A stretch of 64,000 bases of DNA. Source: Octopus vulgaris. Lineage: Eukaryota. Below the pieces are notes generated by a model, which saw only the letters and a list, made by a program, of their open reading frames with translations, ran no database searches and was not told the origin of the DNA. Positions 11,660 through 24,389 of the stretch are shown here, one piece after another. The stretch lies in assembly GCA_951406725.2 (NCBI GenBank), contig OX597836.1:30318001-30382000 (forward strand), in the 5' to 3' direction. How positions within the stretch are numbered: position 1 is the stretch's first letter; each line of letters opens with the position of its first letter. A program made the translations under genes and the position numbers.

Positions 11660-12640
11660 CACACAAAAAATAGGGACGATGTGTGCTTCCCCACGGACTA
11701 GTCTGGCAGAATGTTGATAGACAGTCTGTTGAGCTACATCATCAATATGAGGGAACCAATGATACGAGAGTATGAGGAGAGAGAGAGAGAAGATCCTCGA
11801 TGCTCATATGATGATGTGGTCAAACATCCTAGGAACAAAAAAGCACACGGCCAACAACTTCCAGGCCTCTAATAATGACATCCCAGCACTGTATGGGCTC
11901 TGCAGGGACCATATGGTGACCACTGACCCAGTGACAGGACCACCAACGAGACCAGTCTGTGGAGCCAATGTTGCCAACAACTGCCGGATCTCCTATTTCA
12001 CCTCTATGATCATACATCCGCTAATCAAATGTCCCTGGATGTATGCAACAGCACAGAGGACCTCAGAAATGTGTGGAGAGCAACATGGAGTTTTGTGGTG
12101 TTGACACAGAAGAACTGGGCCTTCTCTTGTGACTGACATGTGACAATGATTACTTAGGTGAACATGACCTTAGTTGTTTCTGCCCCACTAGATCAGTAAG
12201 AGGTAAATCCCCTATTATAACCTCTATGGCCAAGAAGACCTCTGGGGAGAGATGGAATGGGTGGACCAGAGCTATACAGACCCCTGTAAACGATGATCAG
12301 ATTAAAAAGATGGTCACACCTGTGGTGGGTGGGAGTACCAAAATCACATTCAAGGGCCACATATTTAAGTTTAATAACAAGATATATGCCCAAGAGGAAG
12401 GTGCAGCCATCGGTGTCAGTATTGCTGGCGATGTAGCTAACCTATTTATGGTATGGTGGGATAGGAGACCCAAAGATGAATTAGCAGAGAACTCCATAAA
12501 CCTAACCATGTACTCCCACCAAAGCACCCCTACAAGACAATGTTCATCTGGAAGCTAACACTATGGAGAGTATCCAGTAAATAGCTAACTCCATCTGCCA
12601 GAGTATTAAAGTAATGATAGACTACCCTAACAAGCACTTG
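11660..12640 (+). pseudogene. Penelope-like element (PLE) reverse transcriptase remnant
   Basis: IPALYGLCRDH...GPPTRPVCGA; FKFNNKIYAQEEGAAIGVSIAGDVANLFM; IANSICQSIKVMIDYPNKH (12581-12637); frameshifted, YxDD segment absent. Confidence 0.8.
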
Positions 12641-12826
12641 AACACTGGGGTTGATGCAATCGACTCATCCTCTCCTCCAAAAAATTACTGTCCTTGTGGC
12701 AAAATTTGAAACCTTTATCATTATTATTAGTAGTAGTAGTAAAGCAGGAAGATGTCAGCATCATTAGCACGAAAAACAAAAAGGTCAGCAACATTTCTAC
12801 CAGCTATTTACACTCTGACTTCAAAT

Positions 12827-13036
12827 CCTATCAAGGTCAACTTTCATGCTTTCGGGGTCAATAAAATAAAATACCAGCCATGTACTGGGGTTGATATAAT
12901 CAACTGGCCACTTCCTTCAAAAGCTTGCTAACCTATCAAGGTCAACTTTCATGCTTTCAGGGTCAATAAAATAAAATACCAGCCATGTACTGGGGTTGAT
13001 ATAATCAACTGGCCACCTCCTTCAAAAGCTTGCTAA
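12827..13036 (+). repeat. 105-bp tandem duplication inside a family B SINE
   Basis: 12827-12931 repeated at 12932-13036 with two substitutions; cct microhomology at the junction. Confidence 0.9.
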
Positions 13037-13253
13037 CCTTGTAACACAATTTGTAACCAATATAGGATGAAAGGTCAGTTTTGCCTTTCCTCCTTTAAGG
13101 GGGTCGATAAAATAAATATCAGTTGATTACCAATGTAATCGACTTACCCCAACCCCAACCCTCAAAACTGCTGGTTTTGTGCCAAAATTGGAAATTATTA
13201 TTATTATTATTATCATTATGTAGTAGTAGTAGTAGTGGTAGTGGTGGTGGTGA

Positions 13254-13302
<49 letters not shown>

Positions 13303-13482
13303 TTTTCTTCTTTTGAAAAATTTTGTTTCTATTCCTTGCTGAGTGTCTTCCGAACTCCTAGAGTAAAGAAACTAACTGTGTACATTGATGATAGGCCATT
13401 TAACTAAACACACCAAATTGTTCATTTTCAAAATGAAATGAAGTTAGGTGGAAAAAATAAATATATAAATAAAATGCATAGG

Positions 13483-13513
<31 letters not shown>

Positions 13514-14976
13514 AATATTATTATTATTATTTACATTCTTTCCTCCTTTACCTCAATCCATTTACACACTTATTTACAATAGATCTTCCAACATTATCCT
13601 GTTCTTGTTTTGTTTTCTTCTTTTTGCATGTGTGTGCTTCCATAATTTATACGTCTTGCCCGAGTTTTTCTTTTCTTTTTTTTTCAAAGATATTTCCTTA
13701 TTTTTCCACTTGCATTTTTATTTATTGATTAACCTGAATTCTTTAAAATCTGTAAACCTTTTTTTTTTTTCAGAACAGCTCCTCTTAATTTAAAGTATTC
13801 ATTTCGCTTTTTTCTACTTTTTACCTGTTGTTCTTTTTTGATAATCAACCATTAAGCCATTTTTAGAATGCTTGAATCATCTCATACATTTAGCTAGCCA
13901 CAATTATTCCCTCACTCAACAAACTCACAAAAATCTTGTTATACATGTTATTATTCAAAGTTATTTCTAAGTCATGTCTCCCAGGAATTGATTCTTTCAT
14001 TGTAGTAGGATTGCATAACATTCTTCTCTCTTTGTCTCTACATGGGATTTAATTCAATTTTAACTCATTTTAATCTAACCATTAAATAAGTATCTTAGCC
14101 AAACCACACAAAACCAACTCGTAATTTACTTAAGCAGTGATAGATAAATACCATTATTAATTGAATTCACTTATTAACTAATTAATTTATATATTTATTC
14201 ATTTCTTCTTCTTTCTTAATGCCTGTCTCAAAAATTTTGATATTTAACTAAATGTCTTAAATAGATTTAACTTACATTTCAATATCTATCTTTTAACATT
14301 ATAAATATAAACTACAACATTATTCACTTTTACTAAACTTAGTCTAGCAAATTTTCCATCTGAAAATAACGGCCAATTCAAATTATTGCTTCCTACATAC
14401 TTAATTTAATGTATTCAATGCTTATGGATTTTTTTCCACTCACTATATATGAATCATATTGTGCATTATATATATATATATATATATATACATCACCCTT
14501 CTTTAAGCAAGCTTAGCCTTCTTCTCCCTTTGCTTTTAACTATTTATATTCATAGACAACTTCTAGATATTTCTCTAGTGTTGGATAATTTTGTCTTGGA
14601 CAGAAACTGAATTTTCTAAATCTGTAGAATTCATTTTAATAGAAATACAAGGTTTCACATGTGTGTGCGTGCATATGCATATATAAAATTCAATACACAA
14701 ATACATGTGTGTGTATGAATGCACACAACTATGGGTGCATTTACAACTTTAGCATGCAAAATATATGTGTGTTGCCAGTCAGAACTTCGAAGTCACTGTC
14801 TACTTTTTCCCAGTAGAAGTTGAATAAACACACTCTACCGAAAAATATTGAGTAATCCTTCATTTTAATATTAAATTGCTTTTGTATATAACTGGACATA
14901 AAAACAAAACATTAACATGCATGCATGTATGTATGTATGAAGGGGGAAGGTAATTTATTTCTTTTATAAATATATA

Positions 14977-15155
14977 GGCATAGGAGTGGCTGTGTTGTAA
15001 GTAGCTTGCTTATGAACCACATGGTTCCAGGTTCAGTCCCACTGCATGGCACCTTGGGCAAGTGTCTTCTACTATAGCCTTGGGTTGACCAAAGCCTTGT
15101 GAGTGGATTTGGTAGATGGAAATTGAAAGAAGCCTGTCGTATATATGTGTGTGTG

Positions 15156-15207
<52 letters not shown>

Positions 15208-15420
15208 GTATATATGTGTGTGTTTGTGTGCCTGTGCTTGACAACTGTGTGTTTATGTCCCCGTCACTTAGCGGTTCGGCAAGAGAGACTGATAGAATAA
15301 GTACTAGGCTTACAAAGAATAAATCTTGGGATTGATTTGCTCTCGACTAAAGGCAGTGCTCCAGCATGGCCACAGTCAAATGACTGAAACAAGTAAAAGA
15401 GTAAAAGAGAGTGTAAAGAG
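14977..15420 (+). mobile_element. SINE family A, full length (tRNA-derived head, CORE-like centre, internal microsatellite)
   Basis: A-box-like tggctgtgttg, B-box-like ggttcagtccc, accttgggcaagtgtc, (TA)n/(TG)n, tail caagtaaaagagtaaaagag. Confidence 0.85.
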
Positions 15421-15473
<53 letters not shown>

Positions 15474-16169
15474 CAACAGTATGCTCTATATTTTTGATAA
15501 GGACAAAAATCATGTACATCTGTGATGAACAGCCACATATATATATACACATACACATGGCTGTACAATTACATTGTTTCACAACCAGGTGGTTCCTATG
15601 AATTCATAGTATGCATCTCTCCTTTAAGTACTTGTCTTAACGCCACAACCTCTGGTCAAACAAAGCTTGCTAGTGAAATTTGGCAGATGCAAGCTGTGCT
15701 CTGTTGAGATACGTAAAGAAGTAAGTATCAAACAAAGTACTGGCATTGATAAAACTGACTATAACCCTTCAAGGCACTACCCCAACAAAGCCGCAGTCTA
15801 AGAACAGAAACCAATAACGTATACATGATATTCACTGGAACCATGATAAGTGTCAATATTTTACAAGTTCTGACTTTGACTTGTTGAATTAAGCACACTT
15901 AATTAATGGCTATTGAGGGAATCTATTGAAAATCTATTTATCTACAGCTATACTTGTAATGGAAACATCATTACATTCTCATATTCATCAACTGATATTG
16001 TTCTCATCTCTGACTACTGAGATCATTGTTCTCACTTCTGATCAAGTAGACCTATAATTGAAAACATTCCAGCCATGACCATCATGTCTTTGTTAGGTAT
16101 AAGGCTACTTGCCTCCCAATACCTGGCATAAAGCCCCTCCTTCTCTACAACTCCACCACACACACACTC

Positions 16170-16590
16170 AGTTGAGGAGTTCTTCATCTTTGTATTTGTC
16201 ATGGAAGTTACTTGGTGACCTCACTAGTGCTGGTGTCACAAAAGAAAAGATAAAAATATCCAGAACACTCTGTAAAGTGGCTGGCTTTAGGAAGGGCATC
16301 CAGCTGTAGAAAACAATGCCAACACAGACACTGGAGCTTGTCACGGTTCATTGAGAATTGCCAAGTCATCCAACCCACACCAGTATGGAAGACAAACATT
16401 AAATGATGATGAAGTTATTCAAAGAAAAGTGGATCCATCATCATTTAATGTACTTTTCCGCGCTGGCATGGGTTGGATGGTCTGACAGGATCTGGTTAGG
16501 CAGAAGACTGTACCCTACTTTGTTGTCTGTTTTGGCATGGTTTTTATGGCCGGAGGCCCTTCCTAAGATCAACAACCCCACAGTGTGGAC
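16170..16590. mobile_element. Two RTE-tail repeats, tail-to-tail (+ 16170-16412; - 16435-16590)
   Basis: ...cattaaatgatgatga followed ~25 bp later by catcatcatttaatgt...gctggcatgggttggatgg. Confidence 0.75.
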
Positions 16591-17399
16591 TAATATGTCC
16601 ACACAGAATTGTTAGAGTATCGGATGAAAATGCCTTGCAGTATTTGTTCCAATACTTTACCTTCTGAGTTCAAATTCTGTTAAGGTCAACACTGATTTTT
16701 CATCCTTCTAAGATCTATAAAATAAAGCACCATTCAAATACTGGGGGTCAATATAATCAACTGCTCCCTAACATTTTGATGTTGTGACTATGTAACTCAT
16801 CAAATACAGAAATGTTTCAGCTTTGAAAGATAAAAGTTTCAGTTTTGATAAGACTTAAGTTGATGCCATCAATTTTATTAGGAAGATGCTAAGCGTTCTT
16901 CTAAGAGTTCTTGCTATAATTCAATATATATTATTTCTACACACTGACGGCATACGAAAGTACAAACTGAATAGCTTCTCAGACAGTCTTCGTCAATAAA
17001 TATTAAATGAATTGGTGCAGCTATCAATTTGTAACACATTAGAGCTGATATATAAATTTGTTATCAATTCAAAGTTATATCTATCAAGTGTCAGTTAAAG
17101 CTCTGTGTACATGAGTGCAGGTAATGGTTAAGAAATTCACTTTGTGAATGCCAGAGTCTCAGAGTTCCATCTTGGGCACTGACTTTGATCATAAGCCAGT
17201 GTATCAGATGAAATGCTAAGCAACATTTTGCTCATCTTTACATTCTCAGTTCAAATTCTACCAAGGTCAACTTTTGCTTTTCATCCTTTTGGGAGTGATG
17301 AAATAAGTACCAGTTGTGCACTGGGCTCAATGTAATCAACAAGCCCCTCTCTCAAAATTTCAGGCCTTGCGTCTAAAGTAGAAAGGATTATATTAGCAT

Positions 17400-18150
17400 A
17401 CACACATGATGTATGATGCGGGTGACAAGACCATAACCCACACCACCCGATATTTTAAGCATCTCAGAGGTGATTCATGATGGGCCAGGTGCTTTCCCTG
17501 TCTTCATATCCTTAATTGCTTTATCTACCTGGGTACTGTTGATTTGGATAGCTGGTTCCTCAATTGGATCAACCTTTGGCAGACTCTCCTCCTCCCATTC
17601 ATTCTCCACATTCAGCAGTCTTTCACAATGGCCTCTCCAAGCCCCTTTCTTTTCAGAATCATGAAACACAAAGGCACCATCATCCATGCGGACACATTTC
17701 TCTCCTATGACATCACGGTTTTCTCTCACACACCGTCTTGCAATCTGAAATATTTCAGTTCTTTGGTCCTCACATTGCTGAACATTGGCTATATACATCT
17801 GTCTCTTGGCTTCCTTTTTGGCTATCTGATGCATTCTCCTGCTACCCTGTCTCTTCCAGGCCTTTCAAGCCTGTTTCATTGCTCTAATGGCCCTGTCTAC
17901 AGTATTGTTTCACCACCATGTTACCCTGGGTCTGGAATGGACATTGGTCTGTAGCACTTAGCAAGCTGTCTCGCAGGAATTCCCAGCTGCCTTCTCTGTC
18001 ACAGGACTGTAGCTCCCCCCTATCATCAAATTTCTTGGTAACGATATCCCTAAATCTCTGAAGGGTCTGTAAGCTTTCAAGTCCTTTTCCAGATTGGTCT
18101 GCTTTTTGGCATACTTCTGGCCTCAAGTCTAAAGTCATTAATAACTAGGG
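17400..18150 (-). pseudogene. RTE LINE ORF fragment (linker to start of RT)
   Basis: AWRGHCERLLNVENEW...VDKAIKDMKTGKAPGPS, a non-LTR RT N-terminal motif; stops and frameshifts. Confidence 0.85.
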
Positions 18151-19024
18151 CCATATTACACTGGTACTCTGATTATGAATAAAAAAAAGAACTCAATCCC
18201 CCAACTACATTCGTTCTTTTTGTTTTTTGGAAGTTATAGTGTTGTTTAAGGAAGATTTGGCTGCTATTTCTCGACAGTCAAGAGACCATGTAAAAACCAT
18301 ATTGTCTTAGCTTTGTCTTTGTTGATTTCCATGAAAATAGACATAATATTGTAACTTCCAATATACTGGCAATGGACACTTTCAATTGGCTAAAATAACT
18401 CATCTTTAAATGCTTGTAACTTCTTTATGATGAATTTCTAAAAAACAATGAATGCAATTTTCGTCATCAGTATGCAAAGCTACATCGGAACAACATTTTT
18501 TTTTCTTTTTTGAAAATAATCTGGTGAAAATTTGTAAAACATGAAGTGGTTGGAAGAAATTTAATAAAATCCAAAAATATAAAAAAAAAAAAAAATTCTT
18601 TAAAAACCCCTCATGGCAGTACTCCAGCATGACCACAATCCAAAAAAATTAAAACCAGTAAAAGAATAAAAGAATAGAAATATTCATTTTATTCTAAATA
18701 AGTGACAAAGTTTAACCATCTTCCATTGTGTTTGTTGCATTACTCTAAAATATTGAAATGTTTTTAAAGTTGCCATCAATGAAATCACAATTTGCCAGAC
18801 AGAAAACATTTGAAAGCATTTAGCAATAGTACGAGTTCTGAATTAACAAGGTTATTTTCTTTAATTTATTAATGATCAAATTATAACTATCAATCTAAAA
18901 GCTGTTTTAAAAAGAAAAAAAAATACTTCTTTCTTTTTTTTGTTTTATTTATGCTAAAAACAAAAAATTTTATGTCCAAGCATAGTTAAAAACCATAAGT
19001 GATATGCACACAAAAGAGTCACAC

Positions 19025-19200
19025 AGCCTGCTAGAAACAGCAGCCAAATTTTTCTTCAAATTACACCCTGCAGTCTTGAAGAGGACATAATAATGTTCTA
19101 GATACACTATGCCCAAGAGAAGGAATGTGTGGCATGGAGGGATTGCCTTTGCTCATAGCTGTACCTAGCTGGCACCGACTCAACACCAAACAGCAACAAC
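19025..19200 (+). repeat. Abundant dispersed repeat family D ((AAC)n-tailed); representative copy
   Basis: cctgctagaaacagcagccaaat...cctttgctcatag...aaacagcaacaac; related copies near 23625-23840, 36255-36380, 38380-38800, 50705-50880, 61170-61300. Confidence 0.6.
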
Positions 19201-19524
19201 CACAGAGTTGCAAACAAACAAAATACCTCAACATGGTTACTTGAACTGCTAGAAATAGTAGTCAAATTTCCTTCAAAATCAAATGAGACAATGTAGTCTA
19301 GATTTGGATATTTGTGAAAACAATTTCCTTAGCTGATTTAGAGACCCACCCAATGTTCTGACTATTGCTTTTCCTCTACTCACAAACGAAACTCTAAATA
19401 TCTAACTCCTCAGATGCGTCTAGGCTGTTTAATGAAAGTTGATAAAAACAAGTACTGGGCAAAAACTGGATTGGATATAACCGATATACATGTGTATATG
19501 TGAAAATTTATATATAAAGTCACC

Positions 19525-19800
19525 ATTTAAAGTCTGTTTTCCATGCTGTCATGGCTTGGATGGCCAGGGACCACACCAGGTTCCATAGTCTGTTTTGGTT
19601 TGGTTTCTACAGTTGGGTGCTGTTCCTAATGCCAACCACTTTACAGAGTGTATTGGGTACTTTTTTATGTGGTGCATTGGTTTTAGGATATCAATTCTAT
19701 TGTGGTGGGTGGGTCCTCTTGAGTACAGCAAAGCACCACATATCTCGGTCTTCTGTCATCTCCTTCATAACACTCAGCATTTTGAGATCGGCCTTCAGTC
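19525..19800 (-). mobile_element. RTE-tail repeat
   Basis: catttaaagtctgttttccatgctg...ttcctaatgccaaccactttacagagtg. Confidence 0.7.
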
Positions 19801-19821
19801 TACGCTATATATATATATATA

Positions 19822-20198
19822 GGCACAGGGATGGTTGTGTGGTAAGAAGCTTGCTTCCCAACCACATGGTTATGGGTTCAGTCCCACTGCATGGCACCTT
19901 GAGCAAGAGTCTTCTACTAAAGCCTTGTAAGTGGATTTGGTACTCAGAAACTGAAAGAAGCCCATCGTATATATGTATGCATGCGTGTGTGTGTGTGTCA
20001 TTGTGTTTGTCCCAACTACTGCTTGATAACCAGTGTTGATTTGTTTACATCCCTGTAACTTAGCGATTCAGCAAGAGTGATTGACAAAATAAGTACCAGG
20101 CTTAAAAGAAAAAGTATGGAGTCAATTCCGTTGCTAAAATTTCTTCAAGGCAGTGCCTGACCATAACTGCAGTCTAATGACGGAAACAAGTAAAAGAT
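19822..20198 (+). mobile_element. SINE family A
   Basis: ggcacagggatggttgtgtggtaagaagc...gggttcagtcccactgc...acaagtaaaagata. Confidence 0.8.
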
Positions 20199-20225
20199 AA
20201 TGTGTATATATATATAGATATATAT

Positions 20226-20264
<39 letters not shown>

Positions 20265-20269
20265 GATAG

Positions 20270-20320
<51 letters not shown>

Positions 20321-21089
20321 CATGCACACACACAGTATAGAAGTACAGCAGCCATGTAATTTTGAGGGCTTCTGTGGACATATAACCAAGTTCAAACACT
20401 TACAATAATTTGGACTATACTAAAGATAAGCAAGGACCAAGTGGTAGTGTGTTTATAAAACTAACAAACAAAGGATGAACTCTAACACCTACTAACAGTC
20501 ATCACAGACCCTCCAATAGGCTTCTGTACTATTTACATCTACCAAATTTTGCTTACACACTCAGGCCAACAAGAAACTATGGCAGAAGACACTTGCCCAA
20601 GGTGATAATATAGGTGACATCAAACCTGTGAGCACCAACTCACAAAGTGAACTTCTTTGCTATACAGCCATTCTTATAAGCTTGAAAGCAGAAAATGTGA
20701 AAGTGAAAGTTGAAGAAAGTTCAATCATAAACATAAACAATTATCATCGGAAGACGAATGTAAAAAGGTGTTATTATTGATTAAAGTTTTACTTTTATTG
20801 TTTCCTAATTATTAAATTATAAGCTGTTTTATTTATTCATTCATTATTAGTCAAAGCAATTAACTAAGTTTATGTTTAGCTTTTAAATTTGCTTTGTCTT
20901 GTGTAAAAATGTGTTTAGGCAGAAAGTTAATTAGAAGAAAAAATATTGCAGAATTACGATTAGAAAATTCCAACTCAAATAAATCGGTATGCAGTATGTA
21001 TGTATATGTGCGACAAACACACGCACACATGCAAGTAGCATATATACATACATATATGTCGCATACATACACAGTCATGTTGTGTGTAA

Positions 21090-21184
<95 letters not shown>

Positions 21185-21794
21185 GTGTATGTGTATGTAT
21201 GCACATATAAATATATACACACACAATCTTGCTATGTGTATGTATGCATATATATATATATATTATATAAATGTAGCATACTAAATTGTGATTTATTTGA
21301 ACTTTATTAAATTATTTTTCATTTTTATTAATGCATTTTATTCTCTCTCACTATCTTTCACTATCTTCCTCTTTCTTTCACTATCACCCTCATCAACATC
21401 ATTTCACACCTACTTTCCATACTGGTATGGGTAGGATGGGTTATCACAGTCCAAGTCAATGTTCATTAGAATAAGACACTAACTCCCCAGATGGTAGGAG
21501 GATCACATCTCATTCCTATATTTTATTTTCCAGTTTAGTTTCTATGGCAGGATACCCTTCCTAATACCAACCACTTTTCAGAATGTACCGGATGCATTTT
21601 ATCATGGCACCAGCACTAGTGATATTGTAAGTGAAGAATATGACAGATCACCTCTCAACCCCTTACTTTATAAAATGCATTGGGTGCATTTTATCACCAC
21701 AGTACCAAAACCCTTATATTTTCCTCTGTAAATTTAAAGAACAGTTTTGCTTCAAAATATATTTCTTGACAATATTTTGATATGTGGATGTTGC

Positions 21795-22311
21795 CTTCTT
21801 CTTCTTCTTCTTCTCCTCCCCCTTCTTCTTCTAATCAGGACTCACGCCATTAGCCATAAAAAATAATCTCTAATTCGAGCCTACTCTAAGCTACTAAGAA
21901 TGCATGCGGCAACTTGAAGATCCACCCACCACACGCGATAGACTGGCGGTTGCACGAGCACGAAAGCTACATTGTTATCTTCATTCCGTAAACGGTGGCT
22001 TTTTAACGGGTGGAGAGCTGAACCATCCTGGGGTACAGAGGATTCGCAATCTAGACTAGGGTCTGAAAATTTACCACCCCATAGTGGGTTATACCATGGT
22101 TCCTCTGCTTTGTGGCAGAAGTAGGAAGAAAGAGTGAGAGAAAGTTGTGGTGAAAGAGTACAGCAGAGTTCACCACCATCCCCCGCCGGAGCATCATGGA
22201 GCTTAGGTGATTTTGATCAATAAACACTCACAATGCCTGGTCTGGGAATCGAAATCACATTCTTACAACCGCAAGTCCACTGCCCGAACCACTGGGCCAT
22301 TGCGCCTCCAC
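21795..22311 (-). mobile_element. SINE family C (tRNA-derived head), tail type 1 with (AGA)n end
   Basis: Minus strand starts gtggaggcgcaatggcccagtgg...ttcgattcccaga; shares ~190 bp with 53757-54095, then diverges; ends gagtcctgattagaagaagaag. Confidence 0.8.
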
Positions 22312-23319
22312 TAGATGTTGTTGTTTAATTCCAGATCACATAAATGATCAAAAGCATTCAAGTTATGGCCATCCCATTTTTGTTTTTCTTTTTATTCACT
22401 TAGTATGTCTTGAAATATATTTCCCATTTTGGGAAAGTGTCTTCTGTTTTAAAGATTATACATGATATAGATTGTGTGACTTGAGGCAGTTATAGGTTTC
22501 CAATAAGCTAATCAATTGCTCACTGCATTTATGATGGTAAGAATGACAAGGGATTGTCTGGTCAACTTAGGTGGAACAAATATGGCAATGGGAATTTTTG
22601 TCTAAAATGCCAGTTTATTGGTTTTTCTCATCAGCGTTTACATCTTTTGTTACAGTGCTTTGACAAAATATATATACATACACAAGCATGTGCACACACA
22701 CATTTCTAGCAAGCCAAGCGACTGACTGCATGGAGGAAACCTAACTTGCCTGTAATATGCAAATGTTTTCTTCAATGTAAAACGATTTATATTGAATGAA
22801 AATCTCTTTTCAAATTTTCCAGTCGAGATGGAAATGAGATCCATCAAAATATTTACACATAAATGAAATGACAGAAGACAACGTTCAAATGGAAGTTTCT
22901 ATTACCTCTGGCTATTCGTGTGTTTAGATAGAAATTTCAAGGATTATATTATTCATGCTTAAAGAAAACACCAAAATATATTCATACAGTAAGAAAGTAA
23001 ACCACAGACACAACAAACATATTTTCGATAACCTAAGAAACATAAGAAATTAATCAAACCAGAAAATTGTCCAGCAGCAAAACATCTTAAAAATTTCATT
23101 GTTTTCCTCTTATCAAAGTAATAAAAATATTCTTCTACTTATACTCTTTTGTTTTTCTTTATTGGTTTTAGCCATTGGTTTGCGATCATGCTGGAGCACA
23201 TGCTTCAAATGTTTTCATTTATTCTATTAACTCCAGGGTTTATTTCAATAAGGTACTCATTTTAGCTATTTGTGTTGAATGGACCAACTTCGGTTATAGG
23301 ACATAAAGGAACACGCCAT

Positions 23320-23570
23320 TTAATCCTTCGACTATGAAATTGAATTTCAGGGTTATTCCTGAAATAGCGTTAAATATCTACCAAAACAAATAGAATTAGT
23401 ATTTTCTTTAAGTTACATTACATCAGTAAACTTGGAATATCTCAACAGAAAATAGTTTCAAACATAACATCCATCAAAAAAAAATAAACTGGAGTATAAA
23501 ACTGCTTTACAAAGTTAAAGGGAATGAAATTTTGTGTGGATATATCTGATTTCTACTATAAAAGGGTCAT
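23320..23570. mobile_element. TTAA-flanked (piggyBac-like) MITE, decayed
   Basis: ttaatccttcgact...tataaaagggtca; interior homologous to 60951-61172. Confidence 0.6.
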
Positions 23571-24389
23571 GTTAAAGCAACAAAAAATATTTTTAAGAGA
23601 AGAATCCTGTATGCAGTTCTTTAACCTGCTACAAATAGCAACCAATTTTTTCTCAAATTACATATTCTACCAGCTTAAAAGAATTAATAATACATTGGAT
23701 AACATAGTCTGCAGTATACTGTTCCTTAATACCAAAAAGATTTTTTTAAAAAAGGCAGAATTTTCTCAGACAGAATGATTTTGATCATAAGGAATGCCTT
23801 GTTGGATTAGGACTGAACTAGAGCTAAACAGTAGCAACAGAAAGGTGGGTTGATTTGACAAGATTTTAAATTTGAAATTGTTTTGTTTCTGCAAAAAAAT
23901 CTATTCTCAAAGTCTAGACAAGATCAAAATCAATGCGTGTAATTGATTAAAAACATATTTACACTTGCATAATTACATAAATTATCAAATCAAAAGATTT
24001 GATTTATTTTATATCAAATTTAATAAAAAAAATAACTGTTGGTCACATGCTTCCAGCAGGCTATCACTAGTTCACACAGCATTTATGGTAGTAGTAAGTG
24101 ACAAAACTTTGTTTGAGTAAGTTCGGGAGAACACATATCACACATGGGACTTCTGTGCAAAAGCACCAGCTCATTGGTTTCTCTGAAGAGTGTCTATAAC
24201 TTTTGCCAATATACAATGGCATATATAAACAAATATATGCACACTGACATGTATATCAGAGACTAAGACCGAGATGGACTTCTACATAGTTCCTACCTAG
24301 CAAGTCCACTCAAAGATATATGTCAACCCAAAGCTATGGCATAAGAAACTTGACCAATGTACTGGGCAGTGGATTGAGTTTGGACTTAT

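Noticed and set aside
18455-18480. CTGATGA-C-GAAA on the minus strand
   Set aside because: Hammerhead core words are present, but there is no stem II and no convincing stem I or III; treated as chance.
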